Source: Octopus sinensis (Eukaryota). From it: DNA of 64,000 nucleotides. Shown one piece after another: positions 51,681 to 64,000 of the stretch. The DNA is taken from NCBI RefSeq assembly GCF_006345805.1, contig NC_043000.1:109430001-109494000 (forward strand). Direction: 5' to 3'. The notes beneath the pieces were generated by a model. It saw only the letters and a program-made list of their open reading frames with translations, was not told the origin of the DNA and made no database searches. A program made the position numbers and the translations under genes. Positions within the stretch are counted from its first letter, which is position 1, and every line of letters starts with the position of its first letter.

Positions 51681-51957
51681 GTGTTGTGTGTGTGTGTGTA
51701 TATATGCATAATTACTTATACATACCGTCATACATACACACACACACACATGTATAGATATATATCTATATACACACACACAAATATATATGCACATATA
51801 TATACATAAATATAAATATATATATATACACACATACATTCATATGTATATATATATATATATATATATACATATGCATGTATATATACATATATATACA
51901 TACATACATATACACATTTTGGTGGTAGAAATAAAATGTTGAAAATACACGAGTAGT

Positions 51958-52013
<56 letters not shown>

Positions 52014-52444
52014 GAGAGAGAGAGAGAGAGAGAGGGAGAAAGAGAGAGAGAGGGAGAAAGAGAAAGAGAGAGAGGTACCTCCCATGTCTAATATGGGGTT
52101 TTGAAATCCAACCAAAGAAGATAAGTTTCGGCTCATCTGCTGGGTGTGGCCTATTTTAGCCTGATTCTAGTTTATTTTACCTGTTGTGTTGTCATTGGTG
52201 TTGTTGTTGTTGCTGTCGGTGGTGGCGTGTTTGGTGTCGTTGTTGTTGTTTTAACTTTTAAAACAATTACCAAATCGATGGCGAAGAAAGAAATGTGGAC
52301 GGAACACACAAGTAAATAAAACAACAGCGAATGGTGTTTCTCAAAAAAAACACGCAGGATCGCGATTAAGCTTTCACTCTTTCTCTCTCTCTTCTCTTTC
52401 TCTTCGTACAAACATACATACATATAATATATATATATATATAG

Positions 52445-52507
<63 letters not shown>

Positions 52508-52564
52508 TAATATATATACATATATATTTATACGTACATATATACATACATGCATATATGTATT

Positions 52565-52612
<48 letters not shown>

Positions 52613-53714
52613 CATACAAATACATGTATATGTGTATACATATATGTATATATTATATATATGCATATATGTGGTGTATAATAAACACACATCTATATAC
52701 CTACATATGTGAATTATATGTATATATATGTATATATATGTGTATGTCCATATACATGTATATGTGCGCGTGTTCGCGTTTGTATATGCGCATATGTATG
52801 TATGTATGTATACGACGCGTTCTTTTTATAAGCCGTAACAATACTAGGAACGATGATGATAATGCTGATGGTCATGATGATGATGATGATGATAATAATA
52901 ATAATGATGATAATAATAATAATAATAATAATGAGAAGAAGAAGAAGAAGATGAAGAAGAAAAAGAAATACGATTGTAGGAAAAAGTACCGAAGCAACAG
53001 CAACAACATCAAGAACAAGAACGAGAAACATGGACGAAAAGAAAACGCAAGAAATAATAAGCATGTTTGGAGTTGGCGAGGCAACGGTGAAGCGGCCGTT
53101 GTATTTGAAACGTAATGCTGGTGTTGTAATAGACGTTTAGTCTCTTTTCTTTTTTTTGAGCTTTTCCTTATTTTCTTTTTACATGGTTTTTGTTTTATTC
53201 TGCTTTTTAAGTCCAACCATATCTATCGTGTGCGATGAGCAACAGTATAACATTTCGATGCCGCATATGGCCTCTGAGTCTAAGTGTTTTCTATACTATC
53301 GGCTAGATTTCAGATGCTTCAATTTCGAGTCGGATGTTTCCAGCGTAATTATATCTCCTTTGACATGTGTTACGCATTGAACGAGTAAAAAGAATTTATT
53401 GAAGAAGGTATGTGTGTATTTTGAGAGCGTGGATGACTGAAGGGTCGGCTGTTCATATTTTGTCAGCGGCGCTGCGCCAAGTCCATCGACGTGCATCTAG
53501 GTACACCATTTAGTAATAACACAATGAAATTAACCGGGGCTGATTCATAACCTTGCCGTGCTGAGTTCAATCCTAGTTGTAGGAAATGCTAGTAGCAACA
53601 ATGTAATTTTCTGTAGAGGATTAGATTAGCAACCAACTATTTTAAGATTCAGCAAGCTTGAGATGGTGAAAGAAAGTAGCTTAGGGGATAAGATGTCACA
53701 CTAACGATCATAAC

Positions 53715-53940
53715 ATCGTGGTTTCGATCCCGGACTGAGCGATAAGGTTATGTTCTTGAACAAAACGCTTCATTTCACATTGCTCCAGTCAACTCAGCTG
53801 TAAATGAGTTTCATTAATAACTGGAAAGTTAACTCTGAGACGGACTGGTGTCCCATCCTGGGGCAAGAAGTGCTGTCATCTCAGCCACTTATAAGTCATG
53901 GATACTTGGTTAAATTGCCGTGAGTCCAAGGACTGATGAT
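53715..53940 (+). mobile_element. Decayed tRNA/CORE-like SINE
   Basis: GGTTTCGATCCC B-box and CTTCATTTCACATTGCTCCAGTCAACTCAGCTG core. A related copy lies at 59740-59975. Confidence 0.6.
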
Positions 53941-54034
53941 AGACCAGCCTAAGCTGAAGATAAGCATTGGTCTTATAGTTCTCTATGAAACTTAGAGTTG
54001 GTTGCATGTCAATAAACGAGAAATGTTATCCTAA

Positions 54035-55535
54035 AAGTCAACCGTCATAGTGTCTAACCAGAAGCACATCGAGCTGGTCGGCGAGACACTGAAAGACTAC
54101 GAAGCAGTAACAGGAGCGGAAATCAACCAGGAAAAGTCAGTGAGCTTGCGGCTCGGCACCTAGAGAAGCAAGCCCATGCCGTCCGCCAGCGCCTCCGTCG
54201 TAGGACGCTGGACCGACGGTTCGGTCGAGTTGCTCGAGGTCTGGTTTGGTCAACACCCGTTAAAAGGAGGGCTGGGCATGCCGTGGTTGATGATGCGCAG
54301 ACACGTGCTGAGACTGTGACATCTCCGGCTCTACGTAGACGACGGTGAACAGGTGTGGTTGCCGTTTGTGAGGCGCGCTTTCCCGCAACTCGTCTCCATG
54401 ACCGAACTGCAGTCGTGGATCAAAAAGAGGCCGAGGAAGGGCGAATGGCACCACGAGTGTCGCGTTGCTCTCAAGCAACTCTGCCGTCCCGGGTCGACCT
54501 TGAGTGACTCCATCACAACCCAAGCATTCTATAGGAGATTAGTGGAGGGGAGGTACGACGACGAGCTCGGGGCGAACCTGGACGTCGACGAGGAATACCT
54601 GACCCGCCTGTTCGGGACGACTTTCGGGCCATGGCCCATGGACAACTTCCAGAGATCCCTGGCCTGGCAGTGCTACCGAGAAGCGCTACCCATTCGGGAT
54701 AAGCTCTACAGACACAGCTCGAGAAACACGGGGCCGACCTACCCGAGATGCGGTCAGAACGACGAAACCGTTCTGCACGCACTCGTGCAGTGTCCAACAA
54801 TTTCCAACCTGTGGGCTTATGTCGAACAACTGCTGTCACGTGTGGGACGAGTTATCAGCTGAGTCTATCGTCAATATTGTCACGCCTCCTTCCTTCAAAT
54901 GGGAAGGAAGAGCTATTTTCATCATCCTTGTGACTATGGTGAAAGAATGTATCTGGTGGACGCGTCTGAAAGGATTGGAGACAAACACTTTCCTCTCTGG
55001 TCAATCTCTCATCAACTTATTCAAGTACCACTTGAAAAGGAAAGTGAGAGTAGAGAGGCAAGTTTTGTCTAGCGAATGTTTAAAAAAAAGATAGGTGAAT
55101 GTAGCAAGGATGATTGACGAAGTCACCTTGAGCATAATCCTATGAACCCAGAAATTGAAAACAGAGGGTTACCCACTTGCAAACAAATGTGGTAACACAT
55201 AACAATATTGACCAAGGTTACCGTGGTCTTTTCCGTAGGCTTTTCTTCCCACGGATAAACCTTATCTGCTTCCCCCTTTACACCGTACATCATGACACTG
55301 TGATACACGATCCCTATTGATCGTTTTTTTTCTCTTCCCCTTTTTTCCTCTTTTTTCTTCTTTTTTCTTTTTTCTTTTCTTTTGTTTCTTTTCCTTTTTT
55401 TCTCTTTTTCTTTTTTCCCTTTTACGATCCTTTTGATCGAAAACCTACGCCACTTGTTTTTTCTCCCTCCAAAAGAAAAGCTCTACCTTGTAATTTGTCC
55501 CATCTGTGTGCAGCCTTGTGTAGCCAATAAAGAAA
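54035..55535 (+). mobile_element. Tx1-clade LINE 3' half (RT end, zf-RVT, 3'UTR)
   Basis: LKDYEAVTGAEINQEKS; KGGLGMP; PRCGQNDETVLHALVQC. AATAAA at 55526 directly followed by (TATC)n. Confidence 0.85.
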
Positions 55536-55536
55536 C

Positions 55537-55625
<89 letters not shown>

Positions 55626-57411
55626 CAACCGTGTTGTCCTTTAGATCTAGACAAGCGATCCAGTCGCATTGAACACGACTTTTATTCCGACATAACGCAG
55701 GATGTGATGAAAACATAAAACCACGATTCGGCTACTTGTAGTAGGTCGACCAGACACGGAGAGGATCTTTTGGTGGTTCACATGCATTTTGCTGATATAT
55801 TATGTAGAATTTGCCAATATTTCTTGGAGATAGGCCAAACGTCAGTTTTTATTTCATGTCACGAAGTTATTTAGAGAACCTTATAATGTTATCAATTTCA
55901 TGCTAAAGGCTAGAGTGTGTTAACGTGCGAGTTCTTAGCAAACCAGTCACTTAGCTTTCGTTTAGATGTGGTCTGGGATGTTTGTGTAGGTGGCCGTACC
56001 AGTGCCTCGTAGATTTTACTTGAGCCAGCAGTTGTTTATCATCATCATCAACGCCTGCACATTACTATCTCGAGTCCTAGGGGCCGTTACGCGGTTTCCA
56101 TGGTATATAAGTAACCAAGACCACAACACCATCTCCATCCCCCACTGCCGCCGCCGCCGCCCTGAACCGGGCACTAGTCCGTCGCCAGGTTATTCATTTC
56201 TAGCCGAGTCGAACCTCGACTATAGTGAAATGAAGTATTTTGTTCAGGATCACAACATACCACCAGGTTCTGGAATCGAAACCGCGACTTTGTGATTGTG
56301 AGTGAAAACCCCTAGCCACCAGGCCACGCCGCTTCAGTTGTTGGGGACTGAAGTATTTTATAACTCAAAATTGCAAGAGTAATCTTTGGGTTGCAGTTTT
56401 CCCTATATTCTCGATGTGACATCAACCGGAAAGATGATCAGAGATTGCGAGGCCTAACATATTTAAAGATCTTGAAGCTTTTCCGGTGGCTGTTGTCCAA
56501 GACTCGAGGGGTTAAGGGAAAAGAACGTTTCTTTGATATGTGCAGCAGTGACTGTGTTTTTGATCTGATCAAAGAGAAAACATGATCAGGTTTCCATAAC
56601 AACGCTCAAGAGATTCACGTTTCCCAGAAGAAAATAATCTTTGGTGCATTGTGCGGATTTCGCAAGTCTTTGTATAGAGATGGAAGCGTTGTTAATGAAA
56701 TTGAACGTGAAGTTGTACATTCATCGTTTTCGTAAGGATTTTGGTAGGTTTTGGCTCCAGACGAAGGAATCAGAAGATACATTGGTGCCAGCTGTAACCC
56801 CTTCTCGATTACTTTCAGTAACTCAGCTGAATGGTTGTGGTTCAGTCGAACACCTCAAAAACTTATATCCACGGGGTTACAATTTATAAATGACGACAAA
56901 AAAAAAAAAAAAGGATACGGGAGCATGTGCCAGCTGACAGGGGAGCCAGTCGAGGAGTTACCCACGGCATCAGATCTTGTTTCTACCCGGTTGCGCAGAA
57001 ACATTCACCATAATAAATTCTTTGTTTTTTTGCCTTTTGTTTAGCTAATTTTATAGTAACTTCTTGCTCTTGGAATGCACCTGTGAGGTGCCAAAGATAG
57101 CATAAACACCTTGCCAATGCTTACAGACACAGTCCCCCCAAGTTTTATGGAACATACACATACAAACACTTTATTGGTATTCTGCATCTTTCTTCTGCTG
57201 GTAAAGTTAATTAATGAATGCTGTGTGGAGGAATTGAAGAACTCGTTGAACACTAGCGACACCAGCGGGATATTGTTGAAGCATTTATTTCTATGATCGA
57301 TTGTTTAGCAGATTCTGTTATACGATACGACACTGATCTAAATCGCTTTCCTTCTAAACAAATAACCAATGTTACCATTATTAACGAGTATCAATAGTAA
57401 CATCGATTTAA

Positions 57412-57790
57412 GGCGGCGAGCTGGCAGAAACGTTAGCACGCCGGGCGAATTGCATAGCCGTATTTCGTCTGAGTTCAAATTCCGCCGAGGTCGACTTTGC
57501 CTTTCATCGTTTTCAGGGTCGATTAAATAACTACCTGTTACGCACTGAGGTCGATATGATCGACTTAATCCGTTTGTCTGTCCTTGTTTGTCCTCTCTGT
57601 GTTTAGCCCCTTGTGGGTAGTAAAGAAATAGGTATTTCGTCAGCCTTTATGTTATGAGTTCAAATTCCGCTAATCCTAACACTAACCCTTCAGGGTCGAT
57701 AACTTAAGTACCAGTTGCGTACTGGGGTCGATCTAATCGGCTGGCTCCTCCTCCCCAAATTTCGGGCCTTGTGTCTAGAGTAGAAAAGAA
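57412..57790 (+). mobile_element. Dimeric SINE family A
   Basis: Two GAGTTCAAATTCC and GGGGTCGAT modules; tail CCTTGTGTCTAGAGTAGAAAAGAAT. Confidence 0.9.
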
Positions 57791-57807
57791 TATTAACAAC
57801 CATTTAA

Positions 57808-58010
57808 GGCAGCGAGTTGGCAGAATGGTTACCGCGCCGGGCGAAATGCATCTCCTCCGTCTTTACACACTGCGTTCAAATTCTGCCGCGGTCGACTTTG
57901 CCTTTCCTCCTTTCGGGGTCGATCAAATAAGTACCAGTTGAGCGCTGAGGTCAATGTAAATCACTTACCCTTCCTCCAAAAGTGCTGGCCTTGTGACAAA
58001 ACTTGGAACC
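57808..58010 (+). mobile_element. Monomeric SINE family A-related copy
   Basis: GGCAGCGAGTTGGCAGAA head plus core. Confidence 0.8.
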
Positions 58011-58059
58011 AATATTAACTCATTTGATATTGAGCCTTGCTCGTTTTGATATCAATGAA

Positions 58060-58368
58060 GCGCAATTCCTTTACAATATTGTTAAGTGTCACAAACCTGT
58101 TTTTTTTTTATGGCGATCTTCCAAGAGTTACTGCTATCATAAAGGAGAGAAGACTGGAATCTTGTGGAGACTGGTTCCGTTGTAAGGATGAGGTTGTGAG
58201 TCAAATACTGTTGTTGGAATACAACCAACACACAAAAAGTGAGCCGGAAGTCAGGGCGTTTATTGATCAGCTTGTTGAAGACTGATCTACTGAAGGGTAA
58301 CCGACCGAGGGTAATACAGGAAGGGGAATTCTGGACACAAGTGGTTGACGGTGTTCGTCTACAGACAA
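58060..58368 (+). mobile_element. RTE/RTEX LINE 3' fragment
   Basis: YGDLPRVTAIIKERRL...FRCKDEVVSQILL...FIDQLVED. Confidence 0.7.
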
Positions 58369-58796
58369 CACACACGCATGCGTGCACACACACACACACG
58401 CACACGCACACACACACACACACACACATACACACACGCACACACGCACATCACAAGTGTTAGGACCAGTTCTATAACCGAAATGCATTGTGGGATATTT
58501 TTTCATAATATATGACAAAGACTTGCGGTTGTTTTTCGTTCAGTAAATTTCGTGTAATCCACTCTGCTTTCACAGAACTATTTGCAGAAAACATTTTCGT
58601 TGATATTTCGGTATTTGTAAGACTCACTGTGAGAAACAGGAGAGATAGAAGCACCATTGATATTGATATCGTTTGGAAGCAGTTTATCTAGATTCTGTTC
58701 GGAACGTTTTCTTCTGCCAAATTCCATCCCCAGAAAACACTTTTTATTAAACCCAGCTGCTTTACTGAATTGCAAAGATTTCCAGTACAGATCGTC

Positions 58797-58838
<42 letters not shown>

Positions 58839-58918
58839 AGTGCATATATATGTATATTTGTATAGATATATATGTATATTACTAGACTATGTTTGCGCAT
58901 ATGCGCGTATGTATGCTT

Positions 58919-58952
<34 letters not shown>

Positions 58953-58958
<6 letters not shown>

Positions 58959-59122
58959 AGAGTTTACGAAAAAAACAAAAGACGAAGACAGGTGGTGTGC
59001 AATACAAACAGATGTATTAGTATAACGCTCAGGAATAGAAAAAGTCTTTTACGTTTCGAGCCTACGGTCTTCTACAGAAAGGGACACAGAAAAAACAAGG
59101 AGAGAAACAAGGAGAGAAAAAA
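58953..59122 (-). mobile_element. Copy of the 5028-5195 hammerhead-like repeat (motif 59046-59081)
   Basis: Near-identical sequence; same CUGUAGA core, one stem II mismatch. Confidence 0.75.
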
Positions 59123-59299
59123 CATATATATGTGCCTTTATATGTGTGTTTGTGCACCATGTGTGTGAACCAGCAGTTGACAAGTCTAATGTTGTCTTCT
59201 TTATGAAACATCCTAAACACGTCCACCAAATATCCACCCTTATTTATATCCTTTGTCTTTCAAGCTTTCTCTACACATATGTGCGCACGTGGAATTTCA

Positions 59300-59480
59300 T
59301 CTCTGACATGTTTCAGTCTGCGACCATGCTGGGGCACCGTTTCGAAGTCTTAAGTCCAACAAATCAACCCCAGTACTTATTTGTTAAATTCTGGTGCTGA
59401 TTTCATCGGTATATTTTGCTGAACCGCTAAGTTACGGGAACGTAAAGAAACCATTACCGGTTGTCAATCGTTGGGTAGAG
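59300..59480 (-). mobile_element. SINE family B 3' half
   Basis: ATGCTGGGGCACCG and GAACCGCTAAGTTACG motifs. Confidence 0.7.
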
Positions 59481-60788
59481 AGGGACACAAACCGAAGAGG
59501 TCTTCAAATCGGAGACATTTCCGTGGACTCTGTTAAAGACATTACAGGCTGACAGACAACGAAGTTAAACCAGGCGACGCATTTCTTCTGTTATCCAAGC
59601 AGCCCGTGGCAGGGTTTGAACACGGACCTGATAGTTGGAATAAATAGCACAAGATTACAAAGCAATGCCTTAACATTTCTGATAGCCCAACACTCTTCTT
59701 TATTCGTACCTTATTTCACCTACCCGGAAGGATAAAGGAAAAGGCACGTGCTCTAATGGTAAAGGTTTAGTGACAATCGGAAGAACGTTGTTTCGATTCT
59801 TGGAACATGCAGTGCACTATCTTCTTGAGCAAACATTTCATCTCACTTTAATTTCGTCCACTCAGTTACCCTACGATGGACCGATGCCCCGTCCAGGGGG
59901 AATGTTGTGATCTCGGTCACTCATACGCCATGGAAACCGAGCAAGTGGGCTTATGAGTTCTAGGACTCGAGGCAGTAATATCCGGGGTTTGTTGTTGTTG
60001 TTGTTGATGATGATGATGATGATGATGACGACGACGACGACGATGATGAAGATGATGATGTTGAGGATGATGATGATAATGATGATGATGATGATTATGA
60101 TGATGATGATGATGATGATGCTGATGATGATTATGATGTTTGGGATGCTGATGATGATGATGACGAAAGATAAGAGCCAGTTTGAACACTTAACACAAGA
60201 TGTCAACCTTTCCAGGCATGAAATAACGTGTCCAGTTCTTTATAACCCAACGGGTCTTTGTCATTGTCAAAATGCGATTCGAAAAGCATTCAGGCCACAT
60301 TTATCTTCTGCTTTTAACGCGTTCAGCGACCACATCTTGGGACTCTCATTCACTCGATTGGTTGGGGAGAGATATTACGTTATTTACAAAACCTTCCTCC
60401 ATTTTGTCAATAATCTTTCCCTCATTTCGTAACCTAAATCCATTAAAGAAAAGAATAAATAAGTAAATAAAATATGCACTTTTTATTTATTTTTATTTTG
60501 TTTTCTTTTTTCTTCTGTTTTTTTCTTTACTTTTTTTTTATTTTTTTACCTTGTGCTTGTTTTCATCTCTCGATCTTGCTAATGGTTGAAATTTCAAATA
60601 TCTTGGGGAAACTTCAGCATCGTTCTCCAACAGCTTTCTCCAGCTGGATGTAAACATATTTTTACATCAAAGGGGAAAACGATACCAACAACAACAACAA
60701 CAACGACAACAATAAAAACAAAGAACAATAATAATAAAACCAAACAATAATAATAATGATGATGATGACGATGATAATGATGATAATG

Positions 60789-60845
<57 letters not shown>

Positions 60846-61089
60846 GTAGTAGAGGGATTTCCTGTATCATTACACTTGGTCGTTTATTTTACTTGTTAAA
60901 ACTACAAGAACATGTTTCATTGTAGCGTGATACAGCTGTTAATTTTGTAGCGCCTTGCGAAGAAGTTGTTATGATTTCTTAGTCTCTATTGTGCCAGAAG
61001 GAAGACCTCCATTGTTACGGCAAAACCTACAACCAAGCGGTTAACATTTCATATTTGGTAGGAGTATCATTTGTGGTTGTATCTCTTAT

Positions 61090-61500
61090 CTTTTGTTTCG
61101 TTGGACTGCGGCAATGCTGGAGCACCGCTTTGTAGCGTTTTAGTTGAATAATTCGACCCTAGTATTTATTTTTTTTTAAAGTTTGGTATTTATTCTATCG
61201 GTCTCTTTCGCCGAACTGCTAATTTACGGTCAAATAAAGAAACCAACATAGGTTGTCAAACGGTGGATAGGAACAAACAAACAAAAAGACACACAATCTG
61301 ACACACATTTACACAAACACACACGCCCCCCACATATATATACGACGGGCTTCCACACCGTTTTCGTTTACCAAATCCATTCATAAGGCATTAGTCAATC
61401 CAGTGTTATTATAGAAGACACTTGGCCAAGATGCCGTGCAGCTGGACTGAATCAGAAACCATGTGGATGTAAAGCAAACTTCTTAACCACTACAGCCATG
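61090..61500 (-). mobile_element. SINE family B
   Basis: TGCTGGAGCACCGC tail, ACGACGGGCTTC, head CTTAACCACTACAGCCATG. Confidence 0.75.
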
Positions 61501-62739
61501 CCAATCTCCCCGGGTTCCACAAAACAGATTGGCAACCAGAAAAGTGCTGACGTTGATGTAACCGATTCGCGCTCTCCACTTCAAAATTAATGGCGTTAAA
61601 TTAGAATAAATTTTTGGTGACCTGGCAGAATCGTTATACTGTCGGAAAAAATGTCTTACCATATTTGTTTCGGCTCTTTACGCTCTGAGTTCAAATACCG
61701 CCGAAATCGAACTCACAACCTTAAGATTGTGAGCCAAATAGCTCTAACGACTAAATCACAAGCCCTCGCAAACCTAGTATTGTATTTGTGCCTCATGTCT
61801 TAGGCTCAAGGAACACAGGATGACCCGAGGCTGCAGCTGTTTGTAAACTCTTATATTGATATCTGAAGACCGCAAAGCAAGAGTTGAGCTGTACCCAAGT
61901 TGTGGAAGTGGATACAAAGACCATGAATCTGCTGGTCCAGGGCAAAAAGCCCTGCAATTATATCTGTGGTTGCAAGAAGTCCTTAAGATTCAAATTTTTG
62001 ACTTTACAATAATTCTAACGGTAGAAACAATTAGAGAATTATATATATATACATATATATAAGATGCCCCGCTGGTCCAAGAACAAAAGAGAACCATGAT
62101 AAAAGTAGCAATAATTACAAAGAGTACACTCAATGAAAACAGAATATGAACATGAATAGCACCAGATGAAAAGCAGTTACTATATTGTTATAAGGTAAGC
62201 GGTAATCCATCAGTCAGAAACCCATAGAAAATTCTTTACAAGTGAAGACAAGACAAAAATTAATTTGTAATTTCACAAATGTACCGCAACTATTATAAGA
62301 AGGAAATTGGCTGAAAGTAAGAAAATTGAATTAGACATAGACATCGAAATCAAAGAATTAGATTAATGTCACTTCAAATAGTTAGGAGTAGATGGAACTA
62401 ATAAAATAGAATTACGAGAAATGAAAGACAAAATTAGAAATGCGTGCTACGGAACAGAATATAAAGAAACAAATAAAATAATTGAGATTCCACTTGTAAA
62501 AGAACAGCTTCAATACACTAAATTGGAAATCAAGGAAATTGAAGGGTTTACACAGAACAACAAATAAACTCCTAACACGAATCCAGAATCAGGAGTCTGA
62601 AGCGGATGATGACAAAATATATCTAACCCCGTCAAAAAATCTACGACTGATCTGATACAAAAAGACTACAACAAAACAATAGGACAAAAAAAACCTCTAT
62701 TTGGTAGCAAACGAAATAAGTTTGACTTTTATCTTTTAC

Positions 62740-62993
62740 TTCTCTCAGTAATTGGACTGCGGCCACGCTGGGGCACTGCCTTGAAGCATTTAGTCGAACA
62801 AGTCGACGCCAGTATTAAGTTTTAATGCTTGGTACTTATACTATCGGCCTCTATTTTGCCGAACCGCTTGGGTACTGGGGAAAGGGAAACGGACCAACAC
62901 CGGTCGTTCGTCAACGGACGGTGGAAGACAAACACTAACACAAAGACACACACAAGCATACACACACACGCACGCATACACACACACACTAAC

Positions 62994-63036
<43 letters not shown>

Positions 63037-63135
63037 ATACTAAATCACTTACAAAGCATTGATCATTCCCGAGCTATAGTAGAAGTCGTTTATCCAAGAC
63101 ACCATGGGGATTGAACCTAAATTTCAGGTGACTGC
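62740..63135 (-). mobile_element. SINE family B (decayed)
   Basis: GACTGCGGCCACGCTGGGGCAC tail and GAACCGCT motif. Confidence 0.7.
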
Positions 63136-63199
63136 ATAGCGAGCTAATGCAGATACAACATGTCCATAAATTATCTTTACCACCTCCACAATTTATTGT

Positions 63200-63668
63200 A
63201 TCCTATTAGAGTTGAGACGCATCGATCAATTTCTTGCAACCAGCAACTCTTTGCCACCAAGATGGTGTGCCGCCCCATTGGGAGTTGAGCGCTTGAGAGT
63301 GTCTCAACAAAACTTTCTCAAACCGGTGGACTGGAAGAAGCGGTCCAGTCCCCTGGCCACCCACTTCGCCAGATATAACTCCCGTAGATTCTTATGGGGC
63401 TACATTAAAGACAGACTCTGACTTCAATGACCTGAAGGAAACAAATACACCAGGCCATACCCAACATTGATGAGGGTTTGCTCCAATGCACATTGACAGA
63501 ATCCAAGTGCCGTCTAAATGTATCGCATGCAACCAATGGATCCCCACATGCAAGTCTCCTGAGGTTTCAAATAAAACCTCATTTCTTTGTTTTCCAATAA
63601 ACTTTGCTCAGTTAGCCTTAGTTTTCATTTTCTTTCTGAATTCTTCAAATTGTAAAGGTAATTTATGG
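63200..63668 (+). mobile_element. Tc1/mariner transposase 3' remnant
   Basis: QDGVPPHW...NRWTGRSGPVPWPPTSPDITP...FLWGYIKDR (frameshifted). Confidence 0.8.
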
Positions 63669-63723
63669 ACACACACACACATCTATATATATATATATAT
63701 ATAGCTCACCTCTTTCTCTTTCT

Positions 63724-63791
<68 letters not shown>

Positions 63792-64000
63792 ATACATCCA
63801 TACATACACACACGCACGCATACACACACACACACACACATCTTATGTGTATGCATCTGACAAGGTGTGTCCCTGATGTATGCAAGTAATGTAACAAGAG
63901 ATGGAATGTAGGTGAGAATCCTGTACGTTTGAAGTGATGGTTTTATTTTCAGTCTACCTACAGACGACATCTCAACGTTTAAACCGCCAACACAAAAAGT

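Noticed and set aside
56628-56731. 104-nt exon candidate KKIIFGALCGFRKSLYRDG...
   Set aside because: Modest splice sites and no recognisable homology.
59953-60432. Poly-Met/His ORFs
   Set aside because: (GAT)n microsatellite.

Overview
Eukaryotic, AT-rich, microsatellite-saturated, essentially non-genic window. The SINE and microsatellite make-up resembles an octopus (coleoid cephalopod) genome; this is recognition from memory, not a database hit. Almost all ORF-track entries are translations of (TA)n, (CA)n, (TACA)n or (TATC)n repeats. The real coding remnants are retrotransposon fragments (Tx1/L1 ORF1 plus ORF2 start, a Tx1 3' half, several R4-clade pieces, RTE, CR1) and Tc1/mariner fragments. 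No host gene could be identified; only a few isolated candidate exons were seen. Main discovery: three unrelated non-coding inserts, each embedded in (TA)n and each terminally redundant (unit lengths 593, 365 and 487 bp), and every one carries a hammerhead ribozyme with an intact catalytic core. In two of the units the core is split by a roughly 60-nt structured stem II, which short-loop motif searches would probably miss. Seven further hammerhead-like motifs with recurrent core variants (A6U, U4C, U3-A8) occur in other short TA-flanked repeats. Together these suggest a diverse retrozyme or Penelope-like circular-RNA mobile system. All folds were done by hand and are untested.
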